From Clostridia bacterium (GTDB lineage: Bacteria; Bacillota; Clostridia; Christensenellales; Borkfalkiaceae): a stretch of DNA of 64,000 nucleotides. Of the stretch, positions 10,445-18,940 are shown piece by piece. The stretch spans positions 832 to 64,831 of the forward strand of contig JAFQJB010000020.1 in assembly GCA_017397305.1 (NCBI GenBank), given 5' to 3'. Within the stretch, counting starts at the first letter, position 1; the number at the start of each line of letters is the position of its first letter. The position numbers were made by a program, and so were the translations under genes. The notes under the pieces were generated by a model. It was not told the DNA's origin. It worked only from the letters and a program-made list of their open reading frames with translations, and made no database searches.

Positions 10445-11816
10445 TTTTAAGTTGTCCTTTAACAAATTCTACTTGAGCTTCGACCGACTTTGGCGACGTT
10501 CCGCCCTCCGACGTACGTTTTAACACGCAAGTCTCAAGCGAAATATCGTTATAAACGTCGTTATCGAAAAGTTCACTATAACCTTTATATTCTTCAATAG
10601 TTAGGTCTTCTAAAACTTTGCCTTTTGCTATGCAATCTGCTACGATTCCACCTGAAATCTTATAAGCCGAGCGGAAGGGCAAGCCTTTTTTAACCAAATA
10701 ATCGGCAAGGTCGGTTGCATTGATAAAACCTTTTTGAGCGGCAAGTTTCATGTTGTCCGCTAAAACTGTCATGCTCTCTATCATAGGTGCAAACACGTCT
10801 AAGCACATAACTAACGTGTCGGCTGAGTCAAAAACGTTTTCCTTGTCCTCTTGCATATCTTTGTTGTACGCAAGCGGAAGCCCTTTAAGCATGGTAAGTA
10901 GTGCAATCAAATCGCCGTATACCCTACCAGTCTTGCCACGAACAAGTTCAGCCATATCAGAGTTCTTCTTTTGTGGCATAATAGACGAGCCCGTTGTGAA
11001 CGCATCAGAAAGTTCAACAAACTTAAACTCCCAACTTGTCCAAAGAATAATTTCTTCGCTAAGCCTTGATAGGTGCATCATAGTGATTGCCGATGAGGAG
11101 GCAAATTCTACACAAAAATCTCTATCCGATACACCGTCAATGCTATTTAGTGCAATGGAAGAAAAACCAAGTTTTTCCGCCTCGTACCTTCTATCCGTAT
11201 CGTATGTGGTGCCAGCTAAAGCACAACTCCCTATAGGGCAAACGTCCATACGTTTAATGGTGTCTTTGAATCTATCAATATCACGGAGAAACATCATTGC
11301 ATACGCCATTAAGTGATGCCCAAACGTTATGGGTTGAGCGCGTTGCAAGTGGGTGTACCCCGGCATAATGGTGCTTTTGTGCTCCTCTGCCTTTAAAGTT
11401 ATTGCAGTAGTTAAATTAACCAATTTTTCAATTATGGAATTAGCAACGTCCTTTAGATACATACGCGTGTCGAGTGCAACTTGGTCGTTTCTACTCCTTG
11501 CGGTATGAAGTTTTTTGCCAACCGCACCTAAACGCGCAGTCAATTCTTGCTCGATAAACATATGGATATCTTCAGCAGTCATATCGATAGCAAGTTTTCC
11601 ACTTTCTATATCGGCTAAAATTTCTTCTAAGCCACCAATGAGTGTGTCAGCCTCTTCCTTGGTTATAATATTTTTTGCACCGAGCATACTTGCGTGCGCC
11701 ATACTGCCGAGAATATCTTGCTTATACATTCTGCTATCGAACTTAATGGACGAATTAAAGTCGTCCGCAATCTTCTCGGTAACGCCACTAGTACGTCCCG
11801 TCCACATTTTTGCCAT
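10437..11816 (-). CDS. argH: argininosuccinate lyase
   Basis: MWTGR..., TGSSIMPQKKN(S)D lyase signature. Start set at MAKMW (RBS GGAGAAAAA). Confidence 0.9.
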   Translation of the reverse strand: MAKMWTGRTSGVTEKIADDFNSSIKFDSRMYKQDILGSMAHASMLGAKNIITKEEADTLIGGLEEILADIESGKLAIDMTAEDIHMFIEQELTARLGAVGKKLHTARSRNDQVALDTRMYLKDVANSIIEKLVNLTTAITLKAEEHKSTIMPGYTHLQRAQPITFGHHLMAYAMMFLRDIDRFKDTIKRMDVCPIGSCALAGTTYDTDRRYEAEKLGFSSIALNSIDGVSDRDFCVEFASSSAITMMHLSRLSEEIILWTSWEFKFVELSDAFTTGSSIMPQKKNSDMAELVRGKTGRVYGDLIALLTMLKGLPLAYNKDMQEDKENVFDSADTLVMCLDVFAPMIESMTVLADNMKLAAQKGFINATDLADYLVKKGLPFRSAYKISGGIVADCIAKGKVLEDLTIEEYKGYSELFDNDVYNDISLETCVLKRTSEGGTSPKSVEAQVEFVKGQLKNV

Positions 11817-11891
11817 AAAATTTTTCTCCGTTAAAAACGACAATTGTCCTGCGCGGAAAAAACTCCCGTGCAGGACTAATCTGGTTTTGCT

Positions 11892-13112
11892 TTATTTATT
11901 AGCTTCGTCTACCATTGCTTGAACTTTAATGGGCAAGCCGAAAAGGTTGATAAAGCCCTCTGCATCTTTTTGGTTATAATCACTTTCACCAAAGGTTGCA
12001 ATTTCTTCGCTATAGAGCGAATACTTACTCCATACACCTGCATTAATCATATTGCCTTTATAAAGTTTAAGTCTTACCTTACCGGTAACCGTTTCTTGCG
12101 TCTTGTCAACAAAAGCTGCAAGTGCTTCACGTAAAGGTGTAAACCATTGTCCGTTATAAACAAGTTCACCATAAGTGATTGCAAGTTTTTGCTTTTCGTG
12201 CATAGTGATTTTATCTAAGCACAATGTTTCAAGTACGCTATGCGCTTTATAAAGAATTGCACCGCCCGGCGTTTCGTACACGCCACGACATTTCATACCA
12301 ACCAAACGGTTTTCTACGATATCGAGAAGTCCAATGCCGTTTGCACCACCGAGTTGGTTGAGTTTTAGAATAATTTCTTTTGCGCTCATCTTCTTTCCGT
12401 CAAGCGCAACGGGTGCACCCTTTTCAAATTCGATTTCTACGTAAGTGGGTTTATCAGGTGCGTTAATGGGTGAAACGCCCAATTCCAAAAAGCCTTTCTT
12501 TTCGTAAGTGGGTTCGTTACCCGTATCTTCTAAATCTAAACCTTCGTGTGATAAGTGCCAAAGGTTTTTGTCCTTAGAATAGTTGGTTTCTCTGTTTATC
12601 TTCAAAGGAACGTTATGCGCTTCAGCATAATCGATTTCTTCTTCACGAGACTTAATGTCCCATTCACGCCAAGGTGCAATGATGGGCATATTGGGAACAA
12701 AGTGCTTGAAGGTAAGTTCAAAACGAACTTGGTCGTTACCTTTACCAGTACAGCCGTGCGCAATAGCATCAGCACCTTCTTTGATTGCAATTTCAGCCAA
12801 AGCCTTTGCAATGCAAGGACGTGCGTGGCTGGTACCTAAAAGGTATTCTTCATAAATAGCACCCGCCTTTACACAAGGAACGATGTAGTTATCTACGTAA
12901 TCGTCGGTAAGGTCTAAAACGTAGCACTTTGAAGCACCAGTTTTAATTGCCTTTTCTTCCAAACCGTCAAGTTCGTCAGCTTGACCAACGTTTGCTGCAA
13001 CTGCGATAACTTCACAGTTGTTATAGTTTTCTTTAAGCCAAGGGATAATGATTGAGGTATCAAGACCACCCGAATATGCTAATACAACCTTTTTGATGTC
13101 TTCTTTTTTCAT
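11892..13112 (-). CDS. argG: argininosuccinate synthase
   Basis: [13 protein letters not shown]-loop, [13 protein letters not shown]. Start set at MKKEDIKK (RBS GAGAGGAGA). Confidence 0.9.
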   Translation of the reverse strand: MKKEDIKKVVLAYSGGLDTSIIIPWLKENYNNCEVIAVAANVGQADELDGLEEKAIKTGASKCYVLDLTDDYVDNYIVPCVKAGAIYEEYLLGTSHARPCIAKALAEIAIKEGADAIAHGCTGKGNDQVRFELTFKHFVPNMPIIAPWREWDIKSREEEIDYAEAHNVPLKINRETNYSKDKNLWHLSHEGLDLEDTGNEPTYEKKGFLELGVSPINAPDKPTYVEIEFEKGAPVALDGKKMSAKEIILKLNQLGGANGIGLLDIVENRLVGMKCRGVYETPGGAILYKAHSVLETLCLDKITMHEKQKLAITYGELVYNGQWFTPLREALAAFVDKTQETVTGKVRLKLYKGNMINAGVWSKYSLYSEEIATFGESDYNQKDAEGFINLFGLPIKVQAMVDEANK

Positions 13113-13146
13113 GTGAGTTCTCCTCTCTTTGTTTAATTTCCCGTTC

Positions 13147-13175
13147 ATTATAAACCAACGGGAAAAACTTGTCAA
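13147..13175 (-). promoter_or_regulatory. consensus promoter of the arg operon
   Basis: Minus strand reads TTGACA-17 nt-TATAAT, about 35 nt upstream of the argG ATG. Confidence 0.6.
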
Positions 13176-13179
13176 ACAA

Positions 13180-13325
13180 TTTGTGCATAAAAATCAAAAA
13201 TATTTGCAAATTTTAGAATATTTTTTTATTTTATGCATAATTTAATGAATATTTTTATTTTCTATTCGTTTTTGATTTTGTAAAAATGCATAAAGGTAAA
13301 ATTATGCAAGTATTATGCATTTATT
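13180..13325. promoter_or_regulatory. AT-rich cluster of TGCATAA / TTATGCA / TGAATA half-sites; candidate ArgR (AhrC) operator array
   Basis: At least six (T)ATGCA(T/A)A cores plus AATGAATATTTTTAT lie just upstream of the arg -35. They include the perfect inverted repeat TGCATAA-N8-TTATGCA (13287-13308). Confidence 0.35.
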
Positions 13326-13349
13326 ACAGTATAATAATTCGTTGCACGT

Positions 13350-13696
13350 AGGCTTTATGGTGAAAGATAATTGTTTAATGCTTTGTACTTATCTTATATC
13401 TTTCTAAAGGTTTTGTAGCAATGTGCGGTGATTAGCTAACGTTTACCTACACTACAAGCCTAGATGCTTTGAAGCGAAAAATAATTGTTTAGTGCTTTGC
13501 ACTTATCTTATATCTTTCTAAAGGCTTTGGAGCAATGTGTGGTGATTAGCGACAAGCGGTTTGGTGAGAAAAATACAAGTAGGGCGCGCGTTATTGTGAA
13601 GGAGCATACCTGTAAGGTCTGTAACTGAGCAAAACGCGATGCAATACGCAGTATTTTCCCGCCAAAAATCACCTAAGCATTGCGGAAAAGCCTTAA
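13350..13696. repeat. family A structured intergenic repeat, locus 1 (three partial/complete units)
   Basis: Internal tandem duplication of GAAA(G/A)ATAATTGTTTA(A/G)TGCTTTG(T/C)ACTTATCTTATATCTTTCTAAAGG(T/C)TTTG(T/G)AGCAATGTG(C/T)GGTGATTAGC. Unit 13520-13694 matches 39518-39695. Confidence 0.8.
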
Positions 13697-14725
13697 TTAT
13701 TTAACCGAGCGACGATATTTTTCCGCTTCCCAGTTGTTGATGAAGTAAACTTCTTTTTCGTTCATTTTGGAAACGGTGAGGTTTGCTTTTTTAACGGTGG
13801 TAACAACGAAGAGATATGCAGCAAGCGTTTCTTCTAAAGTGGTTGCTTGCTTAATATCGGTGTTGTAATATACCTTTCCGCCGTCAACGACCAAGGTGTT
13901 TGGTGAGTGTGCGAGAATGTTGTTTAGGTATACGAGTTGGTCGGGATACAAGGGAGTTTCGTCAAGAAGAGCCTTGTCGAGAACGTTTGCTTTAACAAAT
14001 TCGTTAACAAGAGGTGTTTCGGAAACAAAACCCGTTTCGGTTGCCTTTAATGTTACGCTTCTAAAATTGTCTTCCAAACCAAAGTATTTTCTAATGGTTT
14101 CGTTAACGTCGGTGTTAACAGCCTTTACCCTTTCGATATAATCGCCGGTAACAACTAAGCCGTGGTTTTTCATAAAGATAACTTCGGGATATTTACCAGT
14201 TGCTTTTACGTACTCATCGATTTTGTTCATCATTGCAAGGGTAAGTTCAAAACCGGGGTTGATATAAGGCAAGAAGATAAAGCCGAAATCTTTACCGGCA
14301 AAAAGTTTTTCGGCTAGTGTTTCACCTTCTTGACTGCAAGTCAAAAGGTTTGCATATACCGAGTGGGTGTGAATAACGTATTTTTTAAGTATTGCGTGGA
14401 AACCAACTTCAACACTAGGACGAAGGGTCGCCATACCTGAAATTTCAACAACCGAAGTTTTAGAAACTTCCGCACTTTCCTTTTCATAGTCCTTTTCAAC
14501 CGAAAGGTCTACGCTCTTATAATAGGTTTCGATTTTGTTTTTATCAACAGCAACAAAAGCGGTGTTTTCGTTGATGTCAACAAGTCTATACCCTGAAGCC
14601 TTGATAAGCATAGTGCCGTTTTCAAAGTTCTTTACAGACGTGTTACCGCCACCACCTTGGGTGTAGTCGGCACGATTGCCTGCATATTGTGAAATTTCAA
14701 TCAAATCTTTTATGGTTTTTTGCAT
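13697..14725 (-). CDS. class II aldolase/adducin-domain protein (resembles the N-domain of bifunctional aldolase/SDR enzymes)
   Basis: GGGGNTSVK, PSVEVGFH, HTHS and KNHGLVVTG: metal-ligand pattern intact. Confidence 0.7.
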   Translation of the reverse strand: MQKTIKDLIEISQYAGNRADYTQGGGGNTSVKNFENGTMLIKASGYRLVDINENTAFVAVDKNKIETYYKSVDLSVEKDYEKESAEVSKTSVVEISGMATLRPSVEVGFHAILKKYVIHTHSVYANLLTCSQEGETLAEKLFAGKDFGFIFLPYINPGFELTLAMMNKIDEYVKATGKYPEVIFMKNHGLVVTGDYIERVKAVNTDVNETIRKYFGLEDNFRSVTLKATETGFVSETPLVNEFVKANVLDKALLDETPLYPDQLVYLNNILAHSPNTLVVDGGKVYYNTDIKQATTLEETLAAYLFVVTTVKKANLTVSKMNEKEVYFINNWEAEKYRRSVK

Positions 14726-14763
14726 TATTTTTTCCTCTTTAATGTTTTTTGATAGTTAGCGTC

Positions 14764-16059
14764 TTATTCTAGATTGAAAGCCTTGTTGATATCTTCAACT
14801 TCCTTATCGCTTATCATAACGATATCACCAATCATCTTTGCGTGGATAATGGTGTTTGCTGTAAATTCAGCAACTTCCAAACGGTCGAACGCATTGATAA
14901 GGGTGTTACCAGTACTGATAACGCTGTCGTTTTCAACTAGAACAACGGGGGATTTTGCTGAAATCATATCCGAAATCTTTTTGGGGTTTAAGATATTTGT
15001 TCCAAACGGAACTCTACCAATATCTCTCATAGCGATATAAGATTCGGGAATAGTTCTGCTGTCGATTGCCGTGTGGGTTACGCCGAACGCCATAAGGTGT
15101 TTGGGGTGAGCAACGGTGATTGCGTTAATCTCAGGGTGCTCGTCGTAGATAAGTTTATGAAGTCCTACCGAACGGCTGGGGTTTTTGCCCGCCTCTCTCC
15201 AATTGTGCTCGATACGAACGATATCTTCAGGTTCGATATACTTTCTATCAACGCCGTAAGGTGTGATAAGGAAAGAATTATCGTCTAGACGAACTGAGAA
15301 AGTTCCCTGCGTGCTGGTGAACAAACCTTGGTCGTAAGACCTGTGGATGAGCGCACACATTTCCTTTCTAAGTTTTCTTTCTTCCGAACTGAACGTTGTG
15401 GGGATAAATTCGCCAAGTGAGGTCATTCCCTTTCTTGCGTTAAGTTCGATTTGTTCGTCGGTCAATGCCTCGGGCTTGCCTAAAATCGACGCGGTGATAC
15501 TGATTGATGCGGCAAAGTTTAAGGTTTCAAAACGTTTGAACGCTTCAAAAAGATTGTCCGCACAAGTGATAACACCGTGGTTTTCCATAATAACAACGTT
15601 AAGCCCTTTTTTGATTTCCTTAACGATTCTTTGTGCCAAAGCATCGCTACCTGGGACTTCGTAAGGAGCGATACCAACTTGACCGCAAACTTGGTGCGGG
15701 GTTGGGATAATGTTGGTATCAGGGATTTGCCTTATAAGGCTATAGCTAACAAGTGCCGGTGGGTGCGCGTGCAAAACCGCGGACACGTCGGGACGTGTTT
15801 CGTATACAAGTTTGTGGAAAGGAAGTTCAACCGACGGCTTATATTTACCGATTACCGTTCCGTCAGGAAGAACTTTACAAATATCAGACGGAGTGAGTGA
15901 ACCCTTGTCAATACCTGACGGGGTTATCCAAATGTTACCTTCGCTATCAAGGATAGAAAGGTTACCGCCCGAAGTTGTTGTAAGTCCCTTTTGATATACC
16001 CTGTTTATAAGCAAAACGATTTGCTCTGCGGGGTGCATTAAGTTAAAATTCATAGTCAC
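14764..16059 (-). CDS. tandem-fused class II aldolase-family protein (FucA-like N-domain plus degenerate C-domain)
   Basis: N-domain has TSGGNLS, SVELPFH, LHAHPP and ENHG. C-domain has STQGTFS, SRSVGLH, VAHP and ENDS. Confidence 0.7.
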   Translation of the reverse strand: MTMNFNLMHPAEQIVLLINRVYQKGLTTTSGGNLSILDSEGNIWITPSGIDKGSLTPSDICKVLPDGTVIGKYKPSVELPFHKLVYETRPDVSAVLHAHPPALVSYSLIRQIPDTNIIPTPHQVCGQVGIAPYEVPGSDALAQRIVKEIKKGLNVVIMENHGVITCADNLFEAFKRFETLNFAASISITASILGKPEALTDEQIELNARKGMTSLGEFIPTTFSSEERKLRKEMCALIHRSYDQGLFTSTQGTFSVRLDDNSFLITPYGVDRKYIEPEDIVRIEHNWREAGKNPSRSVGLHKLIYDEHPEINAITVAHPKHLMAFGVTHTAIDSRTIPESYIAMRDIGRVPFGTNILNPKKISDMISAKSPVVLVENDSVISTGNTLINAFDRLEVAEFTANTIIHAKMIGDIVMISDKEVEDINKAFNLE

Positions 16060-16090
16060 TTCTCCTAAATGAAATAGTGTTGTTATTTGA

Positions 16091-16121
16091 CAATTTGCGT
16101 CGCTTCCCGCGACGCAAATTG
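16091..16121. other. perfect 13-bp-stem hairpin in the 5' region of the aldolase gene
   Basis: CAATTTGCGTCGC-ttccc-GCGACGCAAATTG. The T-rich tract lies on the plus-strand side only. Confidence 0.7.
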
Positions 16122-16149
16122 CAAAGTTTTGTTCTTTAAGTTAGTTTTT

Positions 16150-16692
16150 GTTTAGGGTTATCCCCTTTTTGCCTTGTTTTATGTGGTTAAAAACAAGTTC
16201 GATAATAAAGGGTTAGTTGCAAGCGTGGGGAGACTCTATCGCACAACCCAAATAACTATTATGCTAATAAAGGATTAGAAACAAGCGAGACAAGGCTCGC
16301 GAAGTGTTTGGGATGAAATTGACCTTATTGGTCATTGAAATCCAAACACTAAGCAGTAACGCAGTATCGCGTAGTTTATAAACCTTTAGATAAAGGGTTA
16401 GTTGCGAGTTTAAGTGGTTAGATACAAGTTGCGGTAGGCTCGCGAAGTGTTTTGGATGAGATTGACCTTGTTGGTCATCGAAGTCAAAGCACTAAGCAGT
16501 AACGCAGTATTGCGACGTTTATAAGCCTTTAGATAAAGGGTTAGTTGCAAGCAGGTCAAGGCTCGTCTATTTTAAGTGGTTAGAAACGAGTTAGGCTAGG
16601 CTCGACCACGCAAAAGGATGAGATAAACCTTTTTGGTTATCGAAGTCTTTTGCGTTGGGCAGTAACGACGCATAACGAAGTTTATAACCGCT
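16150..16692. repeat. family B structured repeat array (partial head plus units B1 16269-16389, B2 16392-16532, B3 16535-16692)
   Basis: Head-to-tail units share AAAGGGTTAG..GGCTCG..long hairpin..AAGCAGTAACG..TTTATAA(G/A)CCTTTAG. A fourth copy lies at 50398-50514. Confidence 0.85.
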
Positions 16693-16698
16693 TAAAAA

Positions 16699-17475
16699 TT
16701 ACATTTGTTGTCCGCCAGTTACGTTAATAGCTTGACCAGTCATGTAACCAGAGTAGTCAGATGCTAAGAATACCATAACGTCTTCGATATCTTTGTATTC
16801 GCAAGAACGTTTCATGGGAACTTGGTTGATATATTTTGCTCTTACTTCTTCTTCGGTTATGCCTTGGTTTGCAGCATATTGTTTGAAGAGGCTGTTAACC
16901 CAAAGGGGTGAATTCAAAAGGTTGCCGGGGCAAATGCAGTTTACTCTTACGCCTGATTCAGCAAATTCGAGTGCTAAGCTTTGAGTCAAGCCTACGCCAC
17001 CAAACTTACTTGCTGCGTATGCGCCGTTCTTGAAGCTTCCCTTTCTACCTGATTTAGAGTTGATTTGGATAATGCTTCCGCTCTTCTTTTCGAGCATGTA
17101 GGGTGCAAATGCTTTAACGGTGTTGAAATAGCCGTTGAGGTTGATGTTGGTAACCAAGCTGAACGCTTCGGGAGAAAGGTTGAAGATATCTCCACTCTTA
17201 ACGATTGCTGCGTTGCAAATAAGAACGTCAACTTGACCCCATTTTTCGATAACTGCCTTTGCAGCAGCTTCCAATTGGTCATACTTAGTAACGTCTACTG
17301 CGAGAGCCATTGCATCGCTAAGTTTTGATGCAACTGCTTGTGCGCCGTCAAAGTTGATATCGCAAACTGCAACTTTGCATCCTTCTTGGTCGAGACGCAT
17401 TGCAAGTGCTTCACCAAGACCTTGGCTTGCGCCGGTTACTACTGCTACTTTTCCTTTCAAATTGATTGAGCTCAT
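16699..17475 (-). CDS. SDR oxidoreductase, sorbitol-6-phosphate dehydrogenase (SrlD)-like
   Basis: TGASQGLG; IIQINSKSG..YAASKFGGVGLTQSLALE...VPMKR...INVTGGQQM is collinear with E. coli SrlD as I recall it. Confidence 0.75.
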   Translation of the reverse strand: MSSINLKGKVAVVTGASQGLGEALAMRLDQEGCKVAVCDINFDGAQAVASKLSDAMALAVDVTKYDQLEAAAKAVIEKWGQVDVLICNAAIVKSGDIFNLSPEAFSLVTNINLNGYFNTVKAFAPYMLEKKSGSIIQINSKSGRKGSFKNGAYAASKFGGVGLTQSLALEFAESGVRVNCICPGNLLNSPLWVNSLFKQYAANQGITEEEVRAKYINQVPMKRSCEYKDIEDVMVFLASDYSGYMTGQAINVTGGQQM

Positions 17476-17521
17476 TTTTATATCTCCTTAAATATGTTTT
17501 TCTAATTTTAGGCAGTGCCTA

Positions 17522-18784
17522 TTATTTTACGGTTTCGTGACCGATTTTTGCGTATTTTTTAATTCTTTCGTAAAGGTTTGGCGTTTCCTTAACAGCCTTT
17601 TCGCTAAACATGCCGTACTCTACACCCTTTTCGGACGAGATTGCTTCGTGACCGATAAGCGCCCAAGTAGAATCGATAAGGTGTGCGTATTCGGGAAGTG
17701 CAAGTGCTGCACAAGCGAACTTTTGACGGGGTGAGTTTACGTCTTCACCACTAATTTCAAAAAGCTCGTTTTCTTTAAGCATTTTGCCAAGTCTTTGAAG
17801 TTGTGCGGGAGTGTTTCTGGTGGGCATATACGCACAAGCGAGGAAGCCTGACTTTTTGATTTCCTTAATTAATTCGGGAAGGAAGTCGTCCTCAAACTTT
17901 TGTGCCTTTTTGTCACCCGTTACGGAATCACCAACGTCACCTAGGTATGCGTATGCGGGAATCGCGCCGAATTCTTTTGCTTTTTTAACAAATTCTTCAG
18001 CATCGGGCATTTCTTCGTCCGCATCGATATAGAAGAATGCAGTGTCGGCTTTTAGCACACCCAAAAGGTCGTACAAGAAGTGTTCGTTATTTTCATCGAG
18101 CAAGAAACCCTTGATTTTATCCGAAACCTTAAGTCCCAAATCGTTTTCCAAGAAAGCGATAAGCTCGTTGGTTCTGCCGAATTTTTGGTTAAGTTTAACC
18201 GCTAAAGCGAACAAGAGGTGCCTTTCGGTTACGCTACCGCCGTCCTTTGCCTCAGACAAAGGTTTAACGTCTTTATCGAAGTCTAGCTCGATACCAAACT
18301 TACCGAACTTGCCGGTGATAAGTTTGCACATCTCTGCGTCGCGTTCGTTTCTCTTTTGGCGATAAGGTGCAAGGTATTCGTTAAACGCTTTAACGTTTTG
18401 TGCGGGAATGCCATGCGCCGCCATATAAATGCACTCCGCTTGGTCGGGGTGGTTCATTTTGCCAAAGCCTTTATTGTACTTGCAACGAACTTCTACACCG
18501 CAAGTAGAGCCGAGTCCCAAAATTTCGCAAGCTTTTTTGAATTCTTCAACACCCGACAAGCTATCGTGGTCCATAATACCCGCACTGGTAAGTCCAGCAG
18601 AGTAAGCCATATAAGCCGCTTTAGTCGGCGAATAGGGTGAGAAAGAATAAATGGTATGTATGTGGTTGTTTGCATCGTTGTCGCGACGAACGGGTTTTTC
18701 CTTTTCACACTCGATAAGTGCTTTTAAAGCAGAAAGTCTATCTTCCGCCGTTCCGCCGTTAAGTTTTTTAATAAGTTCTTGCAT
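17522..18784 (-). CDS. PHP-domain metal-dependent phosphoesterase family protein
   Basis: NNHIHTIYS...IMDHDSLSG matches PHP motifs. 420 aa. Confidence 0.6.
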   Translation of the reverse strand: MQELIKKLNGGTAEDRLSALKALIECEKEKPVRRDNDANNHIHTIYSFSPYSPTKAAYMAYSAGLTSAGIMDHDSLSGVEEFKKACEILGLGSTCGVEVRCKYNKGFGKMNHPDQAECIYMAAHGIPAQNVKAFNEYLAPYRQKRNERDAEMCKLITGKFGKFGIELDFDKDVKPLSEAKDGGSVTERHLLFALAVKLNQKFGRTNELIAFLENDLGLKVSDKIKGFLLDENNEHFLYDLLGVLKADTAFFYIDADEEMPDAEEFVKKAKEFGAIPAYAYLGDVGDSVTGDKKAQKFEDDFLPELIKEIKKSGFLACAYMPTRNTPAQLQRLGKMLKENELFEISGEDVNSPRQKFACAALALPEYAHLIDSTWALIGHEAISSEKGVEYGMFSEKAVKETPNLYERIKKYAKIGHETVK

Positions 18785-18885
18785 AGCGCACCCCTTTTAT
18801 TGTAATACAATAAAATTATAAAGCAATTTAATTTGATAGTCAAGCGCTTTTAACCCCATAAAGCGCATATTTACCAATATTTTAC

Positions 18886-18928
18886 TTTTAAAAGTAAAAC
18901 CGCACTTGACTTAACTAGCAAATGCGGT
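18886..18928 (-). terminator. terminator after proA
   Basis: Minus strand reads ACCGCA-N18-TGCGGT followed by TTTTACTTTT. Confidence 0.45.
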
Positions 18929-18940
18929 AAAGATTTTTAA

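Noticed and set aside
16150-16692. Possible CRISPR array
   Set aside because: The units are about 120-150 bp, directly abutting and internally structured. There are no short constant repeats alternating with unique spacers, and no cas genes in the window.
16150-16692. Possible integron attC sites (structured elements right after stop codons)
   Set aside because: GTTAGAT-like and TAAC strings only loosely resemble R'/R'' cores. The units are tandem without intervening cassettes. There is no intI, and the flanking genes are ordinary operon members.
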